Below the pieces are notes generated by a model. That model saw only the letters and a program-made list of their open reading frames with translations, made no database searches and was not told the DNA's origin. 32,000 nt of DNA, from contig JBAYVT010000001.1 of assembly GCA_041674405.1 (NCBI GenBank), forward strand, positions 218,827-250,826. Reading direction: 5' to 3'. Of the stretch, positions 16,473-25,134 are shown piece after piece (position 1 is the stretch's first letter; every line of letters begins with the position of its first letter). This DNA comes from Patescibacteria group bacterium. GTDB taxonomy: Bacteria; Patescibacteriota; UBA1384; XYA2-FULL-43-10. Made by a program: the position numbers and the translations under genes.

Positions 16473-17720
16473 TTATTTCGTTATTCCCGGCACCGGAAAA
16501 ACTTTTGTCATTTCTGCGACTTCCTTTTTGATTTCGGCAAGCTTTGATTCATTATTCATATTTTCAGCAACTATATTGAATAATTCAGCGATTCGCTGCA
16601 TCTCTCCTGCTCCCATGCCACGAGTTGTCAGAGCGGCGGTGCCAACACGGATTCCAGAAGTGACCTTTGGGGGATTTGGATCATTCGGGACGGCATTTTT
16701 GTTTACCGTAATGCCGGCTTTGTCGAGCGCGACTTCGAATTCCTTACCGGTGATTTTTTTGCTCTGTAAATCAACCAAAATTAAATGATTATCCGTACCA
16801 CCTGTTACCAAATCAAAGTCTAAGCTCATCAGGGTTTTGGCAAAAGTCTGCATATTGTCGAGGACTTTACCAATATACTCTTTAAATTCAGGCTTCAATG
16901 CTTCACCAAAAGCAACTGCCTTAGCGGCGATAATATGCTCAAGCGGACCTCCTTGAATACCCGGGAAAATCGTTTTGTTGATTTTTTTTGAGAGCTCCTC
17001 GTTATTGGTCATGATAATTCCTGACCTAGGGCCTCGCAAAGTTTTGTGAGTTGTTGAGGTAACAATATCTGCAACTCCAACAGGGGATTCGTGGTAGCCC
17101 GTCGCAACGAGACCAGCGATATGGGCAATGTCTGCAAATAAAAGTGCACCGACTGAGTTTGCAATTTCGCGAAATTTTTTAAAATCCAGCTTTCGCGGGT
17201 ATGCAGAGTATCCACACATGATCACTTGTGGCTTAGCTTCTTTTGCTAATTCAGCAATTTGATTATAATCAAGCACTCCTGTTTCTGGGTTCAGACCATA
17301 AGAATAGGATTCAAAAAACTTACCCGAAAATGAAACCTTTGATCCGTGGGTCAAGTGCCCGCCGGCATCAAGCGATTGGCCCATAATTTTATCACCCGGT
17401 TTCAAGGTGGCAAAATACGCCGCCATATTAGCGCTGGAACCAGAATGCGGTTGGACATTGGCAAATTTGCAGCCGAATAATTTTTTAAGCCGATCAATAG
17501 CCAGGTTTTCGGCTTGATCGATAAACTCACAGCCGCCGTAATACCGTGCGCCGGGATAACCTTCGGCATATTTATTGGTTAAAACCGAGCCTTGTGCTTC
17601 AAGCACTGCTTTTGATGGATAATTTTCAGACGCAATCATCTCAAGCCCTTCAGTCTGGCGCCTCTCTTCACAACGGATGATGTCATACATTTCTTTGTCG
17701 TTTTTTTCAAGCTCGGTCAT
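16473..17720 (-). CDS. glyA: serine hydroxymethyltransferase
   Basis: PLP-lysine motif '[14 protein letters not shown]' with full-length SHMT-like sequence. Confidence 0.95.
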   Translation of the reverse strand: MTELEKNDKEMYDIIRCEERRQTEGLEMIASENYPSKAVLEAQGSVLTNKYAEGYPGARYYGGCEFIDQAENLAIDRLKKLFGCKFANVQPHSGSSANMAAYFATLKPGDKIMGQSLDAGGHLTHGSKVSFSGKFFESYSYGLNPETGVLDYNQIAELAKEAKPQVIMCGYSAYPRKLDFKKFREIANSVGALLFADIAHIAGLVATGYHESPVGVADIVTSTTHKTLRGPRSGIIMTNNEELSKKINKTIFPGIQGGPLEHIIAAKAVAFGEALKPEFKEYIGKVLDNMQTFAKTLMSLDFDLVTGGTDNHLILVDLQSKKITGKEFEVALDKAGITVNKNAVPNDPNPPKVTSGIRVGTAALTTRGMGAGEMQRIAELFNIVAENMNNESKLAEIKKEVAEMTKVFPVPGITK

Positions 17721-18373
17721 TTTTCCTCCAATTCATGATATTCAATTAACTCTTTTTTAAATTCACTATAAAATCTTTTTAAGAACAAATTCCTGCGCCG
17801 TGCAATTTTCTTGGAATACGCAAAATGCAATTTATCCCATTTTATCATCGGATCTCTTCTGATTTGATCCAGCAGGCTATGATTCAGCCATATTTCTTCA
17901 TCTTTTGGTACCGGTTTGTCAGTATATATTGGGAAACCTCTCTCGCCGAAGTAATATGCCAATCGCGCTATGCCGATTGCGCCAAGCATTTCAATTTTAT
18001 CGGCATCTTGCAAAATCCTTACTTCATCTTTGTCTGATTTTTCAGCTTTATCTCCCTCATGATAGTTGTCGTGCAATTTAATAACTTCTAGAACAGCAGC
18101 AATTTTTTTCTTCGGGAAGCCAACTTCCGGCAGCCATTTTTCTGCTATTTCCATGCCATATTTGTAGTGGTGCCAATCGTCATCTTCATGATGCATAAAA
18201 CCAATATCATGCATTAGGCATGCTGCTTCCAAAATTTCCGTATCACAAGGAACTTTTGCTGCAATTTTAAGCGCGTTATCCCGCACTCGAGTTAAATGGA
18301 AAAAATCATGACAGGCAGTATATCCTTCCAGATACTTCTTGATCTTTTTTTCCAAATCCTTTTGCCAGCTCAT
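17717..18373 (-). CDS. HD-domain metal-dependent phosphohydrolase
   Basis: '[10 protein letters not shown]' and 'ACLMHDIGF'. ATGA overlap with the glyA start. Confidence 0.8.
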   Translation of the reverse strand: MSWQKDLEKKIKKYLEGYTACHDFFHLTRVRDNALKIAAKVPCDTEILEAACLMHDIGFMHHEDDDWHHYKYGMEIAEKWLPEVGFPKKKIAAVLEVIKLHDNYHEGDKAEKSDKDEVRILQDADKIEMLGAIGIARLAYYFGERGFPIYTDKPVPKDEEIWLNHSLLDQIRRDPMIKWDKLHFAYSKKIARRRNLFLKRFYSEFKKELIEYHELEEK

Positions 18374-18474
18374 GTATTTCCTTGGAGTTACATGAATATT
18401 ATAACCAGATCAGGCAATTTCTGCCACAGAAAATGAAAATATATGAGCTTTCTATGTAGTTATTAATCAGAAAT

Positions 18475-20082
18475 TTACAGCTCTTTCAGCCGTTCTTCAA
18501 ATTCTTCGTCCAATTGAGATTTCAAATCTTCATGAAATTTGTCGTCATAATCTTTAACTGTGTCTTTAACTCGCCCGCAGCTTTTTTCTTCGAGGCAAAA
18601 ATGCGGAATTTGGCATTTGGTCACCATCAGTTTTGCAATATTAGGCAATTTTTTCCGTTCAAGAATTTTTTTAATTTTTTCCATTTCTTTAATAGCCATT
18701 GGGCGCAATTGCGCTTCAGCGGTCGTGCAGGTCCTCACCGGGTAATAACCAGCAATTAGATTATATAAATCGTATTGCTGCAAAATATCCACCCTAACTC
18801 CGCGCGGCATAATGAAAATAGCATCAGAGGGCTTAATTTTGTATTTCCCAATGAGTAAGAAATATGCATCGAGAGCATTAATGACAATATTCAAATATTC
18901 ATAAAGCAGACTTTTCTGCTTTTTTATAGTAGGCGGAATAGTGAAAAAACGATCAATAATTTTAAGGTCAGCCTCCGCTAGTTTTTCTTTGGCAATTTTA
19001 TTGCGGTATTTCTCAAAGATTGGCTGGCAGCGGTCAATAGCATAATACAGCGAGTCTGGCGTCATTGGTACTGTCCTATGGCGTTTTTTGTCTCCCCAAA
19101 CCCGCCAGGAAACTGCTGATAGCACCTTGACCGTAAGAGCAGTATTGTAGTCACGGCAAAAGTCATGCCGTAGAGCTAATAACTTACGCCAATTTTTTTT
19201 GATCATCCTTTTATTTGGGACTAATTCCTTTTCTTTCTTTACGATTTCCTTGGCGCTCCTATCAAGGCCTGGTGTAATTGTTGCATCTAAGCTAATTACA
19301 TCGGACAAGTCGTTGGAGATACCTTTAGCTTTAATTAGTTCGCGTGTAATGTTTATCTTTGCTGGATCCTTAAAGGGATTAGGATAAGGAAGAACATTTC
19401 GGCCTGCAAGATCTCTGGAAGCATATACTAAATCCACGCCATATTTTTTTAGCTCTTTTTCAATTTTTTGGATCATCATCTGGGCTTCTTCAGGCATCCA
19501 ATCACCTTGCGATTCTGCTTCCTTCTTAAAAGCTATTACAGATTCAATCGGGTAAGCGATAATACCGGTACCATATATACCATAATGCAGTGTTTTTGAT
19601 GCATCATCTTTGTTGATTCCACTTTTGAGCAATTTGTTTAGAAAATTGATATTATTATCTGAAATTTTTTTATAAATTGCTTTTGCTTCGGCATTATTGT
19701 TAATGGCAGTAGGGTATACTATGTCATCTACAGTGGTATCGGTGCGGCGTCCTGAAGCCATGAGCGCAGACGAGAAAACCATCCCGGTCATCAAAGAGTC
19801 AATAAATTTTGAAGCTTCATAGGTAAAACAGATCGCCGGTGTCGTGGCAATCGAGGCATGACCTCGAAGAGAGGACCGGCGAATAATGCCTTTGACTTTT
19901 TTGTCTAGGTCCTGGCCTTTTTCACAGACATCTTTGTAAAGATCTTTGACGGATTTGCCTTTAAATGTCATTAAAGCAGACAGAGAAACCAAATCTTGAG
20001 GCTTAAGATATCCTGTTTTATCTGCTAAAACCGGAATCACCCCCAAAAATGTGACTTTCATGTCTGATACTTTTCTTGCCAT
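18475..20082 (-). CDS. thyX: long ThyX-like protein (tandem ThyX repeats; putative flavin-dependent thymidylate synthase)
   Basis: N-half 'RGHASIATTPAICFTYEAS...SGRR' lacks RHR. C-half 'VKVLSAVSWRVWGDKKRHRTVPMTPDS' has it. Operon context with dcd, dCMP deaminase and glyA. Confidence 0.5.
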   Translation of the reverse strand: MARKVSDMKVTFLGVIPVLADKTGYLKPQDLVSLSALMTFKGKSVKDLYKDVCEKGQDLDKKVKGIIRRSSLRGHASIATTPAICFTYEASKFIDSLMTGMVFSSALMASGRRTDTTVDDIVYPTAINNNAEAKAIYKKISDNNINFLNKLLKSGINKDDASKTLHYGIYGTGIIAYPIESVIAFKKEAESQGDWMPEEAQMMIQKIEKELKKYGVDLVYASRDLAGRNVLPYPNPFKDPAKINITRELIKAKGISNDLSDVISLDATITPGLDRSAKEIVKKEKELVPNKRMIKKNWRKLLALRHDFCRDYNTALTVKVLSAVSWRVWGDKKRHRTVPMTPDSLYYAIDRCQPIFEKYRNKIAKEKLAEADLKIIDRFFTIPPTIKKQKSLLYEYLNIVINALDAYFLLIGKYKIKPSDAIFIMPRGVRVDILQQYDLYNLIAGYYPVRTCTTAEAQLRPMAIKEMEKIKKILERKKLPNIAKLMVTKCQIPHFCLEEKSCGRVKDTVKDYDDKFHEDLKSQLDEEFEERLKEL

Positions 20083-20120
20083 AAAACTCCTTGAAAAAGT
20101 TAATTAGTATATATTAAATT

Positions 20121-20702
20121 TCAAAATCGTAACTCTTCTTTGATAAGTTCAACTTCGGGTGTCATATCAAAATACTCGCTGTTTATCTTGATTTTGCCTC
20201 GAAATTTTTCGCAAATTATTCCCCTTTTATTGGCCAAGCGTCTTGCTTCCGGCTCAGATTCTTTCTTGGATCCGTCACTGCCTTCCTTGACTCTTAAATA
20301 TTCGTCTAAATAAATAATCTTTTTGATTCCAAGATTGTTCAGTGCCTTTAAGCAGTCATAGCATGGAAAGAGGGTAATATATAAGGTTGAGCCTTTCAGG
20401 CGCTCAGTGTTGCCGGAATTAATAATCGCATTTATCTCGCTATGTGCCCCACGGCAACGCTGAATTTCATTCGTGTCCGGATCTCCATGCACCTTTGCGC
20501 AACCTTCATCAATACAATGAATATCGCCGGCGGTCGGCCCATTATAACCCAAAGAAATTACCCTGTGGTTTTCATCCACAAAAACGGAACCGACTTTGTG
20601 AAAAATACAAGCGGTTCTTTCCGCAGCAGCAACGGCAATGGTCATAAAAAACTCATCCCAAGAAAGCCTATGGTTTCTTTGATATTTCTTATCTTTTGCC
20701 AT
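20121..20702 (-). CDS. dCMP deaminase (ComEB-like cytidine/deoxycytidylate deaminase)
   Basis: Zinc-binding motifs 'HSEINAI' and 'PCYDCLKAL'. Confidence 0.85.
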   Translation of the reverse strand: MAKDKKYQRNHRLSWDEFFMTIAVAAAERTACIFHKVGSVFVDENHRVISLGYNGPTAGDIHCIDEGCAKVHGDPDTNEIQRCRGAHSEINAIINSGNTERLKGSTLYITLFPCYDCLKALNNLGIKKIIYLDEYLRVKEGSDGSKKESEPEARRLANKRGIICEKFRGKIKINSEYFDMTPEVELIKEELRF

Positions 20703-20716
20703 TTGTCCTCCGGTTA

Positions 20717-21256
20717 TTACACTTGGATTTCTTTACCCTTGCTGGTTACCCTTCCACCTTTCCATTGTCCCCGATATGCATTTGATTTCCCCGATATCTC
20801 AAAAAACATTATATGAACGATTCTGGCACCTAGTTCAATTTCAAATTCGCATGGACCAGAATTATAAAACAGAAATGAAAGTTCCCCGCAATATCCTGGA
20901 TCGATTTTTCCACCGGACATAATAATTCCTGATCGAAACAGGGTGCTCCTAAGCCACATCGCAGCAGTCAAATTCAGTGGCATATTTACCTTTTCGTTAG
21001 TTGTCACCAAGTAGCAATCGCCCGGTTTGAAAATAACTGATTGTTTTTTTTCTGGTATATATTCATATAACAATTTTGAGTCAGTCGAGTCGCGTTCGGT
21101 AAGCCCCATAAATCCCCTGCCGCTTATTTCATGCACTTTTCCAAGACACAGGTCAAAACCACAGCCCTCTGGATTTGTAAGCTCTCTTTCACACAGGTTT
21201 TCAACTAATTTTTGTTTTTTGACAAGATCCAAGAGTTTGTCCACGCCGAGTACCAT
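20717..21256 (-). CDS. dcd: dCTP deaminase / dUTPase-fold protein
   Basis: 'GFDLCLG', 'LRSTLFRSG' and 'GKIDPGYCGELSFLFYN' match the Dcd pattern. Confidence 0.8.
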   Translation of the reverse strand: MVLGVDKLLDLVKKQKLVENLCERELTNPEGCGFDLCLGKVHEISGRGFMGLTERDSTDSKLLYEYIPEKKQSVIFKPGDCYLVTTNEKVNMPLNLTAAMWLRSTLFRSGIIMSGGKIDPGYCGELSFLFYNSGPCEFEIELGARIVHIMFFEISGKSNAYRGQWKGGRVTSKGKEIQV

Positions 21257-21601
21257 CTTCCCTCCAAATTTATTGATATATACCAGAAACTTTTTGATAA
21301 AAAATGCGCCGGATAATTAGCGCAAATTGTAGTTTATTTCTGTTTTTTAAAGTATAGCAATACATAAATATTTTGGCGCAAGAATCGATTTGAAGATACA
21401 AAAATTATAATCACAAATTGGCAAATTACTATTTTTTATTTCCAGCATTGGATATTTATACCTAAGGCATAAAGTAAAAAAATGTTTTAGACTTGAGAAA
21501 ACGCATAAGTTTTGCTATCATCATAATGTTTTTGGGCGGTTAGTCCCGATGCGGTAACCCGATCGGGATCCCGAAAGCTTCGCTCTTCGGGACTCTTTAC
21601 A

Positions 21602-21862
21602 ATGAAACCAAGCGTATATATTTTAAAACTCGATGACGGAAGTTATTATATTGGATCAACTCGCGACTTAAAGAGACGCATTGCTGAACACCGGAAAGGT
21701 TTAAAAGCCAGTACAAGATTTTCTAAGAATCCCCAGATCGTATTCTTCCAGAATTTTGAAACTTATCATCAAGCTCGAATTATCGAGATAAAATTAAAAT
21801 CCTATAAAAGTCGCAAAGTGATCGAAAAAATTATTAAGGAAGGAAAAATTAACAAATTATAA
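21602..21862 (+). CDS. GIY-YIG domain protein (86 aa)
   Basis: 'VYILKLDDGSYYIGSTRDLKRRIAEH' is a canonical GIY-YIG core. Confidence 0.85.
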   Translation: MKPSVYILKLDDGSYYIGSTRDLKRRIAEHRKGLKASTRFSKNPQIVFFQNFETYHQARIIEIKLKSYKSRKVIEKIIKEGKINKL

Positions 21863-21866
21863 TAAT

Positions 21867-21943
21867 GGGCCCGTAGCTCAGTTGGTTAGAGCGCATCGTT
21901 GACATCGATGAGGTCTGCAGTTCGAGTCTGCACGGGCCCACCA
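21867..21943 (+). tRNA. tRNA-Val (anticodon GAC), CCA encoded
   Basis: Acceptor GGGCCCG/CGGGCCC, D-loop AGCTCAGTTGGTTAGAGC. Anticodon stem CATCG/CGATG with loop TTGACAT. T-arm CTGCAGTTCGAGTCTGCA. Confidence 0.95.
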
Positions 21944-21995
21944 AAAAAATCCCTACTTTGTTAGGAATTTTTTTGTTATCTAACTTATTAATTTG

Positions 21996-22868
21996 TTACT
22001 TTTTGGCTTTTTTCTTGACCGCAATTTTGGCAGCTTGTTTCGGTGCGACTTTCGGTACAGTAATAGTCAAAATTCCGTTGTCCATCTCAGCTTCGGCCTT
22101 TTCTGATTTAACTTCGGATGGCAGTGTGAAGCTTCTAGTAAATGATCCAGTATACATTTCTTTGTGATAAAATCCCTCGTCTTTTTCTTCCTTTTCCTCT
22201 TTTTTCTCACCAGAAATTGTCATTATGTTATCGGCAACTTCAACAGTGACATCTTCCTCGGCAACTCCCGGAAGTTCGGCTTTGACTATGACAGCGTCTT
22301 TGGTTTCTTTTACATTGATTTTCGGCATTCCGCCAGCCTTGGCTGGGGTGACAACGCTTTCCTCAAAAAGACGATCCATTGCATCACGGAGAGTAACCAT
22401 TTCTCCGAAAGGGCGCCACGGCCCAATTTCTCTTGGCATAGAATTCTCCTTTACCCCGAGCCTGTCGAGGGGTTTACCCACCTCATCGAGCCTGTCGAGG
22501 GGTTTACCCACCTCATCGAGCCTGTCGAGGGGTTTACCCACCTCATCGAGCCTGCCGAGGAGTCTCTCGTCCTCAATTTGTCCGAGTTGCCCAGCAGTTG
22601 CGGGGTTATGATTAATAATTTTTATTGGTGAATTATTTTCAAACATTTGATTAATTTCTTTTTCAAAATCAAATATTTCCTCAAATGCAGAATTGAAAAA
22701 ATTGCACATCGATACAACAAGGGGTAGTGATGGCATATATTTCCCCTGCTCAAGAGCGATCACAGACTGCCGGGAAATACCCAGAGCTTCGGCCAGTTCC
22801 TCTTGTGAAAGATCGTGTTGGCGACGAAGTTCGCGCAATCTGTTTTGAATGTTTGGTTCTTCTTTCAT
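21996..22868 (-). CDS. XRE-family HTH regulator fused through a decapeptide repeat linker to an Hsp20/alpha-crystallin domain (290 aa)
   Basis: N-terminus 'LRELRRQHDLSQEELAEALGISRQSVIALEQGK'. Three copies of 'LDEVGKPLDR'. C-terminus 'VKETKDAVIVKAELPGVAEEDVTVEV...ISGEKK...FTRSFTLP...AEMDNGILTITVPK'. Internal AAGGAG+ATG at 22439 could also give a stand-alone 147-aa sHSP. Confidence 0.75.
   Translation of the reverse strand: MKEEPNIQNRLRELRRQHDLSQEELAEALGISRQSVIALEQGKYMPSLPLVVSMCNFFNSAFEEIFDFEKEINQMFENNSPIKIINHNPATAGQLGQIEDERLLGRLDEVGKPLDRLDEVGKPLDRLDEVGKPLDRLGVKENSMPREIGPWRPFGEMVTLRDAMDRLFEESVVTPAKAGGMPKINVKETKDAVIVKAELPGVAEEDVTVEVADNIMTISGEKKEEKEEKDEGFYHKEMYTGSFTRSFTLPSEVKSEKAEAEMDNGILTITVPKVAPKQAAKIAVKKKAKK
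22461..22550. repeat. 3 perfect tandem copies of a 30-bp unit (cctgtcgaggggtttacccacctcatcgag), in frame within the CDS
   Basis: Units at 22461, 22491 and 22521, with partial degenerate copies on both flanks (22454-22460, 22551-22560). Confidence 0.95.
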
Positions 22869-22926
22869 AATTTTTTACTCATCAGTGATGGAATTCTGTG
22901 AAAGATCCTTGTGGTTAAATTTCATT

Positions 22927-22948
22927 GATGTAAAGTTTACTTTACATC
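22927..22948. promoter_or_regulatory. palindromic operator candidate overlapping the HTH-Hsp20 promoter
   Basis: GATGTAAAGT-TT-ACTTTACATC (10-bp perfect arms). On the minus strand, TTGACA (22962-22957), 17 nt, then TAAACT (22939-22934) lies inside the palindrome. Confidence 0.5.
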
Positions 22949-23054
22949 ATGATCTTTGTCAAGGTGCCTTAAATGAAATCAAAAGCTAAATCAAGAATTA
23001 AAACCGCAAAAAAATCAATAAATTTCAAATTACATTTATTAATTTTAATTATAG

Positions 23055-23654
23055 TTATAGGTTATCTTTCCCATAGAGAAATATCTTTGTTTTTTTGCCC
23101 AAATTGAAGGTTTTAGCTGATTTTATGAATATGTGCTCGGTGAATGTAAAAGACAGCGAAACGACCCTGGCATCCTCTTTGATTGCTGCAAAAAACCATG
23201 GCTCGATAGCAGTAAGAACCTTATTGAGCAAATATAGATATACTACATTAGCATGGCCTAAATGTTTTTTTGCTTTTTTAAAATCACCAAAAATTATTTT
23301 GATGTTTTTGCTCTCTCCGGCAAGAAATACGTTCCATCTTGATTTTAAAAAGCAGTAAGGCGAAATTTCTACCCCCACTCCTTTGGCTCCAAATATTCTG
23401 GCAGCAATTATTAAGCTCCTTGCGTTGCCACAACCGAGATCAACAACCAATTCGCCGCTTTTTAACTTGGCCAATTTGAATGCATCGATTATAGCTTGAT
23501 CAGAAGCATATACCGTAGGCGCACTAAAAATCGCTGCAAACAAAAGCGATCCCTGCCAAAAGCAAAGTACAAAAGAAATAACTAAAAATATTATCAAAAA
23601 TGCTGTCTGCATATTTACATGCGAATTATACCCGATCCAATGTGACGAGCTCAA
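23055..23654 (-). CDS. membrane-anchored class I SAM-dependent methyltransferase
   Basis: TM helix then motif I 'VVDLGCGNARSL', 'GVEISP'. The start may be the Met at 23612. Confidence 0.75.
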   Translation of the reverse strand: MSSSHWIGYNSHVNMQTAFLIIFLVISFVLCFWQGSLLFAAIFSAPTVYASDQAIIDAFKLAKLKSGELVVDLGCGNARSLIIAARIFGAKGVGVEISPYCFLKSRWNVFLAGESKNIKIIFGDFKKAKKHLGHANVVYLYLLNKVLTAIEPWFFAAIKEDARVVSLSFTFTEHIFIKSAKTFNLGKKTKIFLYGKDNL

Positions 23655-23747
23655 GCTTTGGGTGATAATCTCAAGATAATTTGAGGTTAAGCTCGGCCTA
23701 TATCCTGATATATAGTATGCGTACTCACAAAATGATAAGATTCAAAT

Positions 23748-24221
23748 ATGAAACATAGAATTCAAAAAGCCACAATCGAAGATTTGCCCGAGGTCCAGCG
23801 ATTGCGAAAGAAATTATTCGAATATGAAAAAGATCAGTTTGATAATCGACTTAATACCAAATGGTCTTACGAAGAAAAAGGTATCGAAAAATTAACTGAA
23901 CGGATTAAATCGCCAGATGATATTGTCCTTTTAGTCGAAAAAGAATCTAAAAACATAGGGATTTTGATTGGGTCTACCTGGGCCGACCCAACAATTAAGG
24001 ATCATAAATTAGTTGCCGAATTATCTTCTCTCTATATTGATGAAGGTTTTCGAGGCGAAGGCATCGGATCGGAATTGATCGAAAAATGCATAGCATGGGC
24101 CAAAGAAAAAGGGGCCGAGAGACTTACTCTAAATGTTGCGGCTGTTAATGATGCAGCACTTAGTCTTTACAAAAAATACGGATTTAATGATTATTATATG
24201 AAACTGAAAAAGGATTTATGA
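23748..24221 (+). CDS. GNAT family N-acetyltransferase
   Basis: Motif A 'LYIDEGFRGEGIGSELIEKCIAWAKEKGA'. Confidence 0.85.
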   Translation: MKHRIQKATIEDLPEVQRLRKKLFEYEKDQFDNRLNTKWSYEEKGIEKLTERIKSPDDIVLLVEKESKNIGILIGSTWADPTIKDHKLVAELSSLYIDEGFRGEGIGSELIEKCIAWAKEKGAERLTLNVAAVNDAALSLYKKYGFNDYYMKLKKDL

Positions 24222-24529
24222 TGGATATTTCCGAAATCTCAAAAAGAGCACTTGAAATAAGGTCAAAATACGCAGAATTGGAAATGAAAAAATTTGGACA
24301 CGAGTGGTCTAATAAAGAAATATTTAAAGGGTTCAAAAAAGATGTTTCTGATTTAGAATCACTGATCGCTGACGATCAAATAAGACCATCAGAGTTTGCC
24401 CACGAACTATCAGATTGCCTCTGGTCAATACTGGTCATGGCCAATAAATATGAAATAGATATTGAAAAATCTTTCCTTGAAACAATGAATGATTTAGAAC
24501 AAAAAATAAAACAGGAACTTGATCAATAA
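24218..24529 (+). CDS. MazG-like nucleotide pyrophosphohydrolase domain protein
   Basis: 'ELSDCLWSILVMANKYEIDIEKSF' resembles the MazG helix pair. ATGA overlap with the GNAT gene. Confidence 0.55.
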   Translation: MMDISEISKRALEIRSKYAELEMKKFGHEWSNKEIFKGFKKDVSDLESLIADDQIRPSEFAHELSDCLWSILVMANKYEIDIEKSFLETMNDLEQKIKQELDQ

Positions 24530-25134
24530 TGGCAGTATTAATCAATTTTAAAATTTGTGACAATGCGGAAGAATGTGCCGGCATAGAAACCTGCCCGAGT
24601 GGCGCACTTTCTTGGGATGATGAAAATAAGACGATCAAGATTGATAATGAGAAATGTACTAGCTGCGGCGCTTGCGAGAAAGCTTGTGGTGTTGAGGCAA
24701 TCAAGGTTGCGAGAACTGATGCTGAATATGCGCAGATCACGAAAGAATTCGACGAGGATCCGCGTACCGTCAACGATCTCATGGTCGACCGCTATGGCGC
24801 ACAAATAATTTTGCCATTTAATTTAATAGATGATGAAAGATTCGAAATTGACATTCTAAAAAGTGAAAAACTTGCGGTAGTTGAATTATTTAAAAACGAC
24901 ACGATCGAATGCATGATCAAGTCGATTCCAATCAAAGAGTTATTAGCCGGTTATGATTACAAATACCGCAAACTCGAAGTCAAAAACGAAGAAATTATGA
25001 AAAAGTATGATATTTCGCAACTTCCGGCACTGCTCTTTTTCAGAAATGGCAAACTAATTGGCAAGGTTGAAGAATATTTCACCACCGACCAAAAATCAGA
25101 AATTATCGCAAAAATTAAAGAAATTATGAACTAA
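24529..25134 (+). CDS. 4Fe-4S ferredoxin-like domain fused to a thioredoxin-fold domain
   Basis: 'CTSCGACEKAC' cluster motif plus 'CDNAEECAGIETCP'. C-terminal 'LPALLFFRNGKLIGKV' without CxxC. Confidence 0.6.
   Translation: MAVLINFKICDNAEECAGIETCPSGALSWDDENKTIKIDNEKCTSCGACEKACGVEAIKVARTDAEYAQITKEFDEDPRTVNDLMVDRYGAQIILPFNLIDDERFEIDILKSEKLAVVELFKNDTIECMIKSIPIKELLAGYDYKYRKLEVKNEEIMKKYDISQLPALLFFRNGKLIGKVEEYFTTDQKSEIIAKIKEIMN

Noticed and set aside
22461-22550. 30-bp repeats as a CRISPR array
   Set aside because: The units are directly tandem with no spacers, lie in frame inside a CDS, and no cas genes are present.
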